DNA from: Schizochytrium sp. TIO01
Lineage: Eukaryota; Protista; Bigyra: Labyrinthulomycetes
Direction of reading: 5' to 3'
Length of the DNA stretch: 64,000 nucleotides
NCBI GenBank assembly: GCA_004764695.1
Contig: SMSO01000036.1
Location: forward strand, 1,054,001 to 1,118,000
Below are positions 21,201 through 33,697 of this stretch, piece after piece. Both the position numbers and the translations under genes were made by a program. The notes under the pieces were generated by a model. It did not search any database and was not told where the DNA came from. It saw nothing but the letters and a program-made list of their open reading frames with translations. Position 1 is the stretch's first letter. Every line of letters starts with the position of its first letter.

Positions 21201-24200
21201 ATTTGGGTTCTTGCTCTTCGATGAATTGCGTGAACTTGAAGTGGGAGATGTGCGCGTGGAGATCACTTGTAAAGATTGGTTTAAGGAAAAGTAAATCCTT
21301 CATCGCTCCGAATAACAAGCAGGACGAACTTTGACCTCGAAATGGCGAAGGATATGAGAAATGTGCCGTCATGAAATCTTCGAGCTAACGGAGGATGATG
21401 ATACTACTTCGTTTAAGTAGGGCCTTTTGTGCTTGCTTAGCTCCTTTAAAAGTTAAAGCTTGCCCTGCTAGAGTGAATACAGATAGAGTAAGTGCAGACT
21501 TGGGTCAAGTCAGGCAAAGAGCATCTACATTGACAGAAGACAGCATCATCTCACTAATATCCGCATACCGTAACGAATGCCATTGTGGACTTCAGAGTAT
21601 AATATCAAAAAGGGTATTAGATGGAGCGCGAAGCTGTACCGAGGTCGAAGAAGACAATTATATTAGTCTTATTTAATTGCGAGGTTATAATTTATACTAA
21701 TTAACCCTGTACCCGCGCTCCAAAACCATAGCGTGAAATACCAAGGGCGTGGAGAACATCACCGAAGTTCGGGTTTGACAATTGTTTTCATTCATATGCT
21801 TTTGCAGACTCTTGCTCAAGAGATGAAAGAGAAACAGGATGAATAACTCCTCGTTCCAATTTACTTTTTCTAAAACTAGTTCATAACAGCGCTTGGGAAG
21901 AGAGTAGTAGTCTAAAGTTTCATGAAAGACTGTTTAATTATGTTACTTTGAATTGTTCTGCTCGTTTTAAAATTAATAACTCAGATAATGACTTCATGGT
22001 CTTCTATGCCTTGCATGTACTCTAGTACTATAGGGTAGATAGATGAAATCTAAAATGGCCCTTCATTAGATACCGAGTTAGTTCAGACGTGCATTTACTA
22101 TGTAGCACTTCTTTGATTCATGATATTCGTCCGCCAAGTTGTAGAGAGCTAAAGTGAAATGTTTTTCATTGTGTAGACTTATAGGAAATTCATCTGTGCT
22201 GCCTCAGCAGAAAAGAGGAATAAAGGCTCGATGAGGGTTTGATCAGAGGAGTGCAACCGTATTACATATTTTTCTTTGAGTTGGGACTTTTAGTCATACA
22301 AGCGCATCTAGAATATTACACACAGGACGCAGCTACTGACCTTTGCACCAAATTCTTTTATAACCATCTGTATGTGCAGAGTAACTGCGCGTATTTTCAC
22401 CTCAGAAGTTCAGACGTGCCTGATCTCTCCCAGCTGTTAAAGGGAAAGGTCTTTTGGCAGGACAATTTTCCATATTCCTGATGACGGTTGTTGGTTCCTT
22501 GTAGACCATCAAAGGTAGAATTGAATGGCCCTTCAAAAACTACAACAAAAAACTACAACAAAATAAAACAGAACAAAACAAACTGATGCCTTGTTCTTGA
22601 GGTCTCGTGCTTAGTTTAGCGACATATGCTGCCAAGATTCTATAAGGTATCGCCTGGGTTGCATGCATGGAGGATGTCAAACAAGTTTAATGCCTCTTGT
22701 TGTATCTCTGTTAGCTGTGCTTTGTATAAAAATGCTCCAAGCAGCACTCTGAAATCCCCGTGTAACCTCAACGCAAAAGCCCCCTACTATAGCACTTATA
22801 CACCTCTCTCTAACAAAACACATACTGATCATAATTTGTGCGTGCTCTTTCAAAAATCTAACGTGTTGGGCAACTGCACCATCTTTTGCAAAGAGGAAAA
22901 CGTGAAAAGGTTGTTCAACACAAAACCCCGCATAGCTTTATTGCCCAGGGATATGGGTTAAGGATGGTGACATTTGACGTGTTTTTGTAGCCTGTGTTGT
23001 CTGGATTATAGAATCAGGATTAGTTCTGAGGTGCAGAAGCCCTGTCTATATTCACGTCATGACACGTAATGATGCATCTCTTGATCACGATCAGCGTGTT
23101 CTTTTTCTGTCAGAATCTGACTTAAGGTGACTCCGAAATCAGTCATTACCATGGGAAAATGGATGTTTGCCATTTATTTGGCTACAACACAAGCTAAGCT
23201 AAGGTATGCTCTGCTTTGTTCGTCGTAACTATGATTTGGGGGTTGTACAATTATTGTAATGCAAATATTTCGATGTGCATCAAAATTTTACCTGGTCCTG
23301 GCAACTGTGAGAAGGAACATAGTGCCCCAAGGCCATCGCAGTTGACACAAGTTACTCCAAGGTGGCTAGCCATGTTGTTTAAATAGTCCACTGGAAACCA
23401 ATTTCCTGAAGTCCCAGCTCCAATATATTTCTAAGCTTAGATATAGTTTTTAAAAGGCAGTACATCTTATCAATTTCCGTCTACAAGAAAGGCTCCCAAT
23501 CTTCTTTTGACATATTTCTTCTTTCTTTCTTTCTTTCTTCTCATAAGTTTTCATTAAGAGGTACCTCCTGATAGTTCTTCAATACATAATATAGTCAAGA
23601 GACAGTTCCCCATCATGGTGAGAAAATATTTTGAGAATCCGTTTGTATGCCATCAGCCATCTGAGTTGAGGGACCTCTTGCTGGTCTGTAGTTACAGGGG
23701 CGGGACAGGAAAAACGCCACATTTTAAAGACGTACGTACTTGCACGATTCGCTGTCCCTGGTCAAAGCAAATTACGAGTAGGTCATAGGTACTCCTATTT
23801 ACCTTCTAGGCTACGTCAGCAACGACATGCAATCGCAAATTAACAGCTCTACAAGACACTTCAACACTAGCACCATAGAACGGACGCGGCCACACAGCAA
23901 CGTCCTCCAGCGGACGAAGACATGCAAGAAGTAGCACAGAATAAGTGTACTCTGGAATAACTCCTGAAAATTTCAATCTTCACTTTCATCAATCTCTTCA
24001 GGAAAGTTTAGGAAGAACTCCTTCTTACTAAATGTTGGGTTTCCTCACCATTGGTAGTACTATCGTATGAACTATCTAGCTTCTATTACCTATCTCCTAG
24101 ATAGCACCTCCTATGATTTACTGTAGTAGCGAGAACTTGTGAGTTCTACCTGAGAATGTTAAACCCTAGTTGCAAAAGTAGTCTACTTTTATATGGAATG

Positions 24201-25158
24201 TGTTTCGAATAGCGGAATAGGGTTATACGGACTGAATAAGCGAGCAACTTATGTATCCGTTGGACGGACAGAACTGTACTGAAGATTTGAGTAAGATATA
24301 AGAGTTGGTTCTGCTGGTCTCAGTTTGGTTCGATAGGAATGGAATAATGCTGGCGTTTACATGCTTTTGACGTGGATGTTTGCCGAAAGTGGATTTGTTG
24401 CCCCCTCCTCTAACTTCCTGCAATTTGTCGGATGAAGAGGCCGGCTTCCTCCAGAATTTGATGATGTTCGCTGCGACAAACAAATTTGTAGAGGCAATTT
24501 AATAGATCCTATGGTTCTACCTGATTAAAGCATCGGTGGGAAAACAATTGTATTTAGTGAAATTGAGGGAACAATGAATTTAAATATTGCTTTAGAAAGG
24601 CACAAGGAAGCGAAGGGTGTGTACGTAGTCTGTTCTTTGGTTCTCACGTTGGGGCTGTGCAGAAGTTGCCGACCCGTATATTTACGTCGACATGATGAAA
24701 ATAATCACAGAGCTGGTGAGCTATATGTACGTCGGATGCAAAAGAACTTGGTTCTTCATACCGCTGGTCTAGACTTGGTAGTTTCGTCATACTCGAGCGG
24801 CGTTCGGCCAAGTTGTGGCCGCAGGCTGGACTGCACCATAGTGGGTGTGTGGTTGCTAAACAATCACTTAAACGTTGTGAAATAAGCTAAGATTCGACTA
24901 AAGAAGAGTTGAAGATTAAAGTTTGAGATTATTGTGTGTAGGCTCTAGACTCTTGAAGCAAACCTTGCTTTGTCCGTACGGCTTAGCTTGCCTACTGGTC
25001 TGGTAGTAGACAGCGAGGTGGACGACGTTAACAGCAAAGCTGAAGCGCTTAGCTGAAGACTACGCGCGCTTGCTTAGAAAGAGGCAGACTTCAAATTATA
25101 ATTGGTGTTTCTCACGCTTTAGACTTCAGAGTCTGAAGTGCCTCGCCTAATTCACAGC

Positions 25159-28100
25159 ATGTCAGGGCAACGAAGACAGGCTGTCCGCTCAAGTAATTTA
25201 GAGGATGAGCCGAATAGAGACATACATTCAACACAAAACAATGACTTTCAAAATCTCTCACGTAAGGAACGGATTGCTCGACAACGCGAGGAGCGCTTGC
25301 GGAAAGAAGCTGAGCGATTAGAGCAAGAAGCTATGGAAGCTTCGAGAGAGAAACTTCGAAAACAAATCGCAGACAATCTCGTTGCGTCTGGTAAAGTTTC
25401 AAGAGACGAAGCAAATAAGTTATCTCTTCGCCAACTTCTAGAGCGCTCACCTAACTCTGACTCTAATACTCTCCGACGCCTCTCGACACGTAGTTTAATC
25501 GAAACTATGAAAGAAAGGAGTTCTAGTCGAAACGACTCATCAAGGAGCAGAAGTACTACACCAAGTGAAGCTCAGAAGGATCCAAATACGCAAAAGCAGA
25601 AAGCAGAAACGCGGAGTTCATCGGTAGCCTCGGAAGATGCCACTGAGGAAAATTCCATGGTTGAAATGGCAAACAACTCACCTTCCGAGGCCCAATCGTA
25701 TAACATGATGCAGTCAGCTACACAACAACTCAAGCTACCTGGTGCTTCAGGAGCTCCATCAAATTTACTTCAAACTATCAGTGGTGAAATGAATCAGAAA
25801 TACTCCTCATCTAGCAGTTCTCAGCCTTCGGATAACAGCGAATCCAATGATCGCCGTGGCTCAAGTCAAAGTCGCAAAGAGCGCTTAGCGGCTGCAAAAA
25901 TGGCAAGAGAAGAGGCAGCAGCTATGTTGGAAGCAGAGAAGGCTGCGGCTAAGGCAGAAGCAGCTCGTCAGGCAAGGATAGCTCGTTTGGCAAAAGAGGG
26001 TTTGTACACAGAGGAAGCTCTTAACTCAGAGAATTCTCGTCAAGCAGAAGCTGCCCGACAAGCAGAAGATGCCCGACAAGCAGAAGATGCTCGTCAAGCA
26101 GAAGATGCTCGTCAGGCAGAAGCTGCTCGCCAGGCAGCAGAAGCTGCTCGTCAGGCAGAAGCTGCTCGTCAGGCAGAAACTGCTCGTCAGGCAGAAGCTG
26201 CTCGTCAGGCAGAAACTGCTCGTCAGGCAGAAGCTGCTCGTCAGGCAGAAGCTGCTCGTCAGGCAGAAGCTGCTCGTCAGGCAGAAGCTGCTCGTCAGGC
26301 AGAAGCTACTCGTCAAGCAGATGTTGCTCGTCAAGCCAAAGCTGCTCGTCAAGCCGAAGCTGCTCGTCAAGCCGAAGCTGCTCGTCAGGCTGAAGCTACT
26401 CGCCAGGTTGAATCTGCCCGCCAGGCTGAAGCTGCCCGTCAGGCTGAAGTTGCCCGTCAGGCTGAAGCTGCTCACCGGCTAAAAGAAGAATTTCAAGGCT
26501 CAGAGTATTCCCTCCGGCAAACAGATAATTTAATGGTGCTATCAAGCGAATCAGTAAATCCAAACGATCGACAGCTAGTTATTGACGTGCAAAATAGCAT
26601 CAAACCTTATCCCAAAAGCACCTCAAGCCCATCGTCATCAAAAGTTCCATCGCCACATACCAAGCCTAGCGCAATTCTACCGCCTCGAGATGAGAGTCCA
26701 ATCAGTAGAACCTCGCAGGAAACACAGCCCGGATCCCCTAGATATAACCTTGATATTCCTTTCGTGGATGTGTCGCCCAATGGTGGTTCACCCAATGAGG
26801 ACTTTTACGATTTATTGCGACAAGCTTCACGAGAAAGGGTGTATCAAGAAGAAAATAAGGAATATGGAGGGTCTTCCCGCACAGGAACTTCGTCATATGT
26901 GTATGATGATCATCATAATTCCATGAAGGTTTACTATGACGCCAATTCTGTTGTAGAACATGATTCGGAGAGCGGAGAGCCGACTATTTGTGGTGCTCGT
27001 CGAGTGGAGTCTCCTGTGAAATTAAAAAAGAAGCAACTCCTAACATGTGCCATTTATGGAGAAATTCCTCCACCTGATATTAAGATTCAACCTATTCGAG
27101 CCAGCAATACCCATGGCCCCGCTCGGCCTGGGGCGAAGAAGAGAACTGGAAATATGGCAGAGAAAAAATCAAGTATGCCCTTGGTGTCTTCGCACGGCGG
27201 CTATTCCGGTAATGTTCAAACATCCAGTGCTATGCGAAATACTCAACACCACCAGCATCAGCCAAGACAACATCACCATCACAATCATCAGCCAGCCCGC
27301 AGTGAGGAGGCACGACCTCACCAAGCACACAATTCTCATCAATATAACCCTCTAGGATATGTTGACGCGTATGGTGCCGTGCTGCCAGCAGCTCGACAGG
27401 AGCATTCTTCATTTGAAGACGATGCTCGAAGTGATGTTCGTAGTGAAGCAGGATCAATGGTAGTATGTATGTCTATGAAGCGAATGCCTACAGTTCCAAC
27501 CTCCCCTCGAAAGAACACCGAGTTCAACAGTCCACGCGTTCAGAGGGCCCGCCCACAAGCCGTGAATACTTCAAGGCCAATGTCTTCTGACACAAATCGA
27601 ACACAATACGGATCTCCAGTTCAGTCGCCTGTACAATCTCCAAAATATTATACCAAACAATCGTCAGGTTACAATACAGCAAATACGTCTATGCAATCAC
27701 CAATGTACTCGCCCACCAGTAAGGCATCGCCGATGGCTCCTCCTCCTCTGAGCCCAAGCCAACTTCAGTACAAAAGTGCATCTGATTATGCAAGAGCAAG
27801 TATTGGTACACGGTCTCCCCATCCACGGCCTCGTCAACAACGACAAAGGACGAAGTCTATATCCAAAGGGAAATCAAAGCCAATGGCTCGAAAGAGCAGT
27901 GTTTTGCAGAAGGATCGTGTTAAAGAGTATCACTTTTCTCCAGAGGAGCTAAATAAGGTTTCTCGCAAGTGCCGAGGTAAGATTGAAGCATTTATTGGAC
28001 GCGCAAGGCTTGAAGCTGGTGGAGCCAATAACCTGTCTGCAAGTAGTATGATTCAAGTCAGCGCCCAAGATCTTGCAGATGTCAACTCTTTGCTTACGAG

Positions 28101-28629
28101 CTTTGAGGATGAATATCGACGCCTCTCCCAGCTTAAAAACACACGATTGATCGCTGATCGTCAGGCTCTTGTTGCTATTCAGGAGCTTTTGGAGCAAGTA
28201 GAAGCAAACGTAGATGTGCAACTTTTGGAGTCTGAAATTCCTGCTATCACAGGAGGTGAAGACAGTGATGACATAAAAGCTGAGTTGAGCTCTACTTCGC
28301 AAGCACAGCTTTGGATTCAACAAGCTAGAGCAGTGAAAGAAATTTTGATGCGAGAGATCGGACCTCGACCGGGCCATACCATTCCGGATAATGTAAGTGT
28401 TGTGGCTGTTTGCGATAACTTTTCTGTTGCTGAGGGGGAGCAGAAAGGTAATCCTGCACTATCCGCTGACTTTCTCCCAACTGTTGCTGTGCAAGCTCTC
28501 GAGGTAGCGTGCGGGCTTACACGAACCTTCCAGCAAGCATGCCAAGAAGGCCTTGAGTCTGCAGACAAAATTATCCGTCAGCTTTATGCTAGACAGGACA
28601 GGTTGACTCAGCAACAGCAACTCCAATAA
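25159..28629 (+). CDS. Hypothetical ~1156-aa largely disordered/coiled-coil protein with RQAEAA tandem repeats
   Basis: 3.5-kb uninterrupted ORF, first ATG 25159. S/P/Q/H-rich middle and an apparently helical C-terminal domain. No family recognised. Confidence 0.8.
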   Translation: MSGQRRQAVRSSNLEDEPNRDIHSTQNNDFQNLSRKERIARQREERLRKEAERLEQEAMEASREKLRKQIADNLVASGKVSRDEANKLSLRQLLERSPNSDSNTLRRLSTRSLIETMKERSSSRNDSSRSRSTTPSEAQKDPNTQKQKAETRSSSVASEDATEENSMVEMANNSPSEAQSYNMMQSATQQLKLPGASGAPSNLLQTISGEMNQKYSSSSSSQPSDNSESNDRRGSSQSRKERLAAAKMAREEAAAMLEAEKAAAKAEAARQARIARLAKEGLYTEEALNSENSRQAEAARQAEDARQAEDARQAEDARQAEAARQAAEAARQAEAARQAETARQAEAARQAETARQAEAARQAEAARQAEAARQAEAARQAEATRQADVARQAKAARQAEAARQAEAARQAEATRQVESARQAEAARQAEVARQAEAAHRLKEEFQGSEYSLRQTDNLMVLSSESVNPNDRQLVIDVQNSIKPYPKSTSSPSSSKVPSPHTKPSAILPPRDESPISRTSQETQPGSPRYNLDIPFVDVSPNGGSPNEDFYDLLRQASRERVYQEENKEYGGSSRTGTSSYVYDDHHNSMKVYYDANSVVEHDSESGEPTICGARRVESPVKLKKKQLLTCAIYGEIPPPDIKIQPIRASNTHGPARPGAKKRTGNMAEKKSSMPLVSSHGGYSGNVQTSSAMRNTQHHQHQPRQHHHHNHQPARSEEARPHQAHNSHQYNPLGYVDAYGAVLPAARQEHSSFEDDARSDVRSEAGSMVVCMSMKRMPTVPTSPRKNTEFNSPRVQRARPQAVNTSRPMSSDTNRTQYGSPVQSPVQSPKYYTKQSSGYNTANTSMQSPMYSPTSKASPMAPPPLSPSQLQYKSASDYARASIGTRSPHPRPRQQRQRTKSISKGKSKPMARKSSVLQKDRVKEYHFSPEELNKVSRKCRGKIEAFIGRARLEAGGANNLSASSMIQVSAQDLADVNSLLTSFEDEYRRLSQLKNTRLIADRQALVAIQELLEQVEANVDVQLLESEIPAITGGEDSDDIKAELSSTSQAQLWIQQARAVKEILMREIGPRPGHTIPDNVSVVAVCDNFSVAEGEQKGNPALSADFLPTVAVQALEVACGLTRTFQQACQEGLESADKIIRQLYARQDRLTQQQQLQ
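26038..26472 (+). repeat. Coding 18-bp minisatellite, 24 units of RQAEAA (one 21-bp unit)
   Basis: Consensus cgtcaggcagaagctgct, units counted from the translation. Confidence 0.95.
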
Positions 28630-29271
28630 ACGCTGCACCAGCAACAAATCATAATCCTTCTTGAATGAGCGAGGAAATATATACTTTGCAGAGCTTATTT
28701 TCGTTTGAGCACACCCTTTTCTTACATGGTCCTTTTTGATGGGTTTCTTTCATAAATTTTGAAGTATAGAACTATTGAGAAGAAGTGATTTATCAAAAGG
28801 TACACTCACGATGTTATTCATAAAATTGTGTTTATTAAAAGTAATTCGAAGAAGTTTATGTGTACCCATTGAAGGAACTTTATTTCTGCGAAGCTACCAA
28901 ATGAGCTGCTAAGCTTTAAAAACTACAAATGAAGTTCTTCCACGTATTTTAGCCAACGCCAATAAATGTGCTGCCGTCACTTCAACAATACACTTGCCAG
29001 GCGGACCTAAGTCCTTTACCTAGTAACAATTTTCTCACTTCTCTGTCTCGTAACGAAAAACCATTAAGACTTTCTTCTTCAAGACTTGCCGGTCATGTTT
29101 GGTGAAGAGTAAGGCTTGCTCCTCTCCGATTGATACTTGGTTTTACGCTTCTACACTGTGCTTGCTTATCTCAGCTAGAGTGGCCTATAGATCTAGAGGA
29201 ACTAAAACGGAACACCTCGCAAGCCAGCGCGCATAACAAATCAAAAGACCAATAGCATTGCTAGTTGATCA

Positions 29272-30411
29272 CTAAATGCCCATGACAAGGATTGGGTCAC
29301 CAATGACATCCATCTTCAGGGTTACCCCCAAACCAGGCTCAGAGGAGGCCTTCATGCAGCCATTGATGCGAGTAGGAGCACCCTTGGCGGTCTGAATTGT
29401 TGCATACGAGTTAAAATCAGTGGACGCAAAGCGAGCCTTTTCTGGCGTAGAATGCGCCAGGTGTGCGATAGCTGCAGTGGTCACATCACCACCCCAAGAG
29501 TCTTCGATTGTCATGCTATATCCAAGACTGGCACAGAGGTCGCGGATCTGGCGAGCCTTAGTAAGGCCTCCGACCTTGCTAATTTTCAGGTTCACACAAT
29601 CCATTGCACCGTCCTTATGGGCCTGGATGACTGCGTGTAGAGAGTCAATGCTCTCATCAAGAATGAATGGGTGAGTTGTGCGTCTACGCACGGAAAGGCA
29701 CTCATCATATGTGTTGCAGGGTTGTTCAATGTAAATATCGATGTCCTTGGTGGCTTCAATAACACGTGCAGCTTCGTGCAAACTCCATCCCTTGTTTGCG
29801 TCGGCAACAAGAGTGCAGGTCTCATCGAGGACTTCAGCCACGGCCCGAATTCGCTTGATGTCTTCCGCTACAGAGTCGCCGCCAACCTTGAGCTGGAACT
29901 TCTTATAACCCTGAGCACGATATTCTGCAACACGAGCTGCCATGGTTTCGGGATCCTCCTGGGAAATTGCGCGGTATAACTCGATGTACTCGCCGAAACG
30001 ACCTCCCATGAGCACGCAAACGGGCTGATCTGTGAGCTTGCCCAAAATATCCCAGCAGGCCATGTCGATTGCAGATTTCACGTACTCGTGACCCATCAAA
30101 GCCTGATCCATGATCTCGTTGATCCTGCCCAGTTGCGTAGGGTCCTGGCCCAAGATTGCAGTTGCGAGCTCTTGAATGCCGTACCGTACACCATTTGCAT
30201 ATGCCGGCAAATACGCAGATCCCAGAGGAGTGGCTTCGCCCACGCCCTCAATGCCACGGTTCGTGCGAATTCTGATGATTGTAGAGTCGAACACATCGAC
30301 GCTGCGACCATTCGACATCTTGTATGAGCCCTCGTACAGAGGCAAGTCCACGCGGTACACGAGGATCTCGGTAATATGAATGTGTGGACGCCCCGCCATC
30401 ATGCCGGACAT
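29272..30411 (-). CDS. Enolase superfamily (MR/MLE subgroup) enzyme, cis-3-hydroxy-L-proline dehydratase-like
   Basis: FQLKVGG, ADAN.GW, IEQP, LDE, NLKISKVGGLT, TIEDSWGGD, TDFNSY and PGLG. The N-terminal VDLPLYEGSY..VFDST..PLGSAYLPAYA matches my recollection of alphaproteobacterial c3LHyp dehydratases. Confidence 0.85.
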   Translation of the reverse strand: MSGMMAGRPHIHITEILVYRVDLPLYEGSYKMSNGRSVDVFDSTIIRIRTNRGIEGVGEATPLGSAYLPAYANGVRYGIQELATAILGQDPTQLGRINEIMDQALMGHEYVKSAIDMACWDILGKLTDQPVCVLMGGRFGEYIELYRAISQEDPETMAARVAEYRAQGYKKFQLKVGGDSVAEDIKRIRAVAEVLDETCTLVADANKGWSLHEAARVIEATKDIDIYIEQPCNTYDECLSVRRRTTHPFILDESIDSLHAVIQAHKDGAMDCVNLKISKVGGLTKARQIRDLCASLGYSMTIEDSWGGDVTTAAIAHLAHSTPEKARFASTDFNSYATIQTAKGAPTRINGCMKASSEPGLGVTLKMDVIGDPILVMGI

Positions 30412-33360
30412 TGTAGCTCGAACTGAGTTTCAAGCTGTCAGTGGTCAACCAATTTCAATCCTCGAGTATATATCACAGAGGGTGATGCAAGAGCGAGTGT
30501 GAAGGAGCTGCTACCACTGCCTCCAGGAGCTCCAGGAGGGGGTTCTGCTCAGGTGTGGTTCATGTCTTGCGAGAATTTATCAATGGTATTGATTGGATGA
30601 AACTAAGGATTGCTTATTGAATGCTAGGCCTATTAGCATGTCCACTAGATGTTTCTAGCTACTTTGTAGGTTTAATATGTTTGGCAGACTTTAGCAGCGT
30701 TGTTGCCTTTTGTTTATGGACGGCGTGGTGTATATGCTAAATGCTGTTCATTTTCGAGAATGCATTCGTTAGTTTATCTTTTCGATTCACAACAATATAT
30801 TATATATTTACATAGTTCTTGTACGTTACTCAAATGCATAGCCAATCAGTATCAACAAAAGGATTTGTATAAGATAGATTTGTTGTTGATGTCTGCCACG
30901 AGCAATACTTAAATATAATTATTACACTCTCCTTTTTGAGAATGATGGTCTATGCAAGAATTTGAGCCAACTGTTCTCTCTGAATGCAGAGACAGTGACG
31001 ATTAAAACACTTTCCGCTCTCTAGCAATGTATACACCCAAATATTAGTTGTTGAACGTAACTTATTTAAAGTCAATTGAACAAAGAAGCGGAAAAGTAGT
31101 ATGGCAGATCCAATTGACTTCATATAGAAAGCTCAAGATCTTATACCCGCACTGATACTCGCTTTATGCGTTTAAGTACTTAAAAGTTGATCCGCATGTA
31201 TTGAATTGCACGGTGATAGTTCTCAAAAGGTTGACAAATATTGTACTATTGTGAGTTGCAGGACATTAGTAAATTCTTAGTTGCTTCGGCTGAAGGTTTT
31301 AGCCAATATCAATCAAAATCCTGGACAATATACTGCAAACGTTTTGATAGCCTATCTCAGCCCTTGCGTATATTCTTTTGCCTTCAGGAAACGTTATTCT
31401 TCTTTTAAATTAGAGGAGATTACAAGTCACGATTTTTGGCCAGACTTGTCATCAAAGACCATTGCACAGTAGCAAAAGTGAGTAAAATCGTCTCAAGCAG
31501 GTTGATAGCTTCTAAGCCAGGTACTAGCTAGGTACTAGGTATGATCGCATATTGGATTGTTTCTTGGTCAGAATGCTTCATGAATACACTGGTTCAGAAA
31601 AACACTACAAACTAATTCGGTCGCGCCAGGTTTTCAAAGTATCTCTATAGAAGGCGACACATTTACAGTCGATGCCAAAATCTCTCGAGTTTCAAAGGAG
31701 CAAATAATGCACTTTCGTTTTCTAGCAACTTCAACAGTTCAAGAAAATAAGATCTTTAGGTGGGATGAATAACCTTCGTATAAAGTCCAAGAGGCATACG
31801 AACTACTTTGGTACTATCTCTCGTTGTGAACATATTCGAAATCGCGACTAATGCCGAAAAAGACAGTTTTTACAACATAGCCTTGAACCATAAGCGTCTC
31901 CTTCTATAAGTTGGTTCAAAGTACAATTTTGCGAGAGGACATTGATGATACAAACGTATTTCGCAGGCGTTGCACTTGACAAAGTTGATGAATACGTCTC
32001 ACAATTATCCACGTCCAGGTCCTTTATCTTTCAAAATTTGCCGGCAGGCCCATGAAGAGCGCCCACTTTCACTAGACCGAGACTACTCCATCAGTCTTTT
32101 CATTTCGGGAAAAAGCATGCGTGCCTGAAGAATGTAACCCCTAAGGAATCTAGGTATCCATCTATCTAGGTAGCCTACCTACTATCTGCGTACTGGAGTA
32201 CGTACACGCCTAAAACGAAAAAGAAAAGATGTAGACTGCTTGCTCTCTAGAGCTTCCTACTACACTTGATAGGTTAGTCTAGCTAGGTGCTGCTCGAAGC
32301 TTCAAGATGTGTGAAGAGTCCTAGCCAGAGTGGTGCTGCTCAGCACGTCAGCTACTGCAAACTCTGCACCCCCGAACCCCCTATTTTGGTCTTCATATTT
32401 CGCACCCCTCCAATTGCACAGTTTCTATTCCAACCAACAACACTCAATTCGATTACTTTTACATCATTTTTAGAAATTACATTCATCATCTTTTTGTTTA
32501 TTTTTTAAATTAAAATATCTAAATATATATATTTATTTATTTATATATATATTTGCGATTAAAACTGTTTATATCATTAAGCTAATAGGAACAGTCCCAT
32601 TGAAAGTACTTTTTACTTACATACTATGTTCTAAACAGTTTTTACAATAATTAGAGCAACTTCTTTCATTTCTTCTTTTCTTTTTAAATAACAGTACTTT
32701 CACAACCTCAAAAACAAACCAAAACAACTTTAAAACATTGTTTATTTGTTTATTTGTAATTTGTAATAAATAGTCATTCATGTATATATCAACTTTAATT
32801 ATTTATAACTTAATTTAATTTAATAAAAGTAATTAAAAAAAAAAAAAAAAAAAGTACTCGCCTAATAATTAAGCAGGAAAGGGGTCAACATTTCGATCGC
32901 CTCGCCAACGGCCCTCTCCTCCATCGGCACCGCCCTGCCGGCGCCCCCGCCCGCGCTCGCGCGTCCTCCCGCCGCCTCCCATGCCCCCCCCGCGCCGCGC
33001 CCTCCTCCTCGCCGCCCTGGTCCCGCTGCCCCGAAGCAGCAGTAGTTCTTGGCGCAATCTCGGTGGCGCAATCGTACAAGAACCGGGAAGCAGCAGGCGT
33101 GGCAGCACAAGCTTGCTCCGCTCCTCCTGCTCCTCGCCAACGCCAACGCCACCGCCGCCGCCCTCCTTTCCTCGCGCCGGCCCCCCGCCAGCTGCCGCCA
33201 GCGCAGGCCGCCTGGCAGCCCTCGGCGGCGTCGCCAACGCCGCAGAGCTCTGGTACTGCGAGCGCCAGAGCCACACGTTGTGCAGCTTGGGTAGGGCGCC
33301 GCATAGGGTAAACTGTAGCAGTGGCGGCGGTGAAAGTTATGGAGGACTCAGAAATGAGAG

Positions 33361-33447
33361 TGGAAATGGAAATGGAAATGGAAATGGAAATGGAAATGAG
33401 AATGGAAATGAGAATGGAAATGGAAATGGAAATGGAAATGGAAATGA
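33361..33447. repeat. (GGAAAT)n hexamer repeat, with (GCA)n at 33601-33627
   Basis: Read directly, upstream of the DAHP synthase first exon. Confidence 0.92.
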
Positions 33448-33697
33448 GAGTGCAAATGATAACGAAACTTGCGATAAAGAATGTGATGGAAGTGGGAATG
33501 GAGAAGAAGAAGAAGGAGAAGATGAAACTGAGGACCGATTGACCGCGGCAGATCTGCAAGTGCGCGAGTCTGGGAGATCGACCTTGGTCTTGGTGGCGAA
33601 GGCAGCAGCAGCAGCAGCAGCAGCAGCGGAAGAGGAGGTGACAGCACCGAGGCGAAGTCGGTTTCGACAGTACCAAGAAGAACAAGAAGAAGACATC

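Noticed and set aside
22076-22420. AGTTCAGACGTG twice, matching part of an Illumina adapter
   Set aside because: Only 12 nt match and the flanks diverge from the adapter, so this is chance or an old local repeat.
26026-26482. Alternative-frame repeat ORFs (LTSSFC, RQKLLV)
   Set aside because: By-products of the 18-bp coding repeat.
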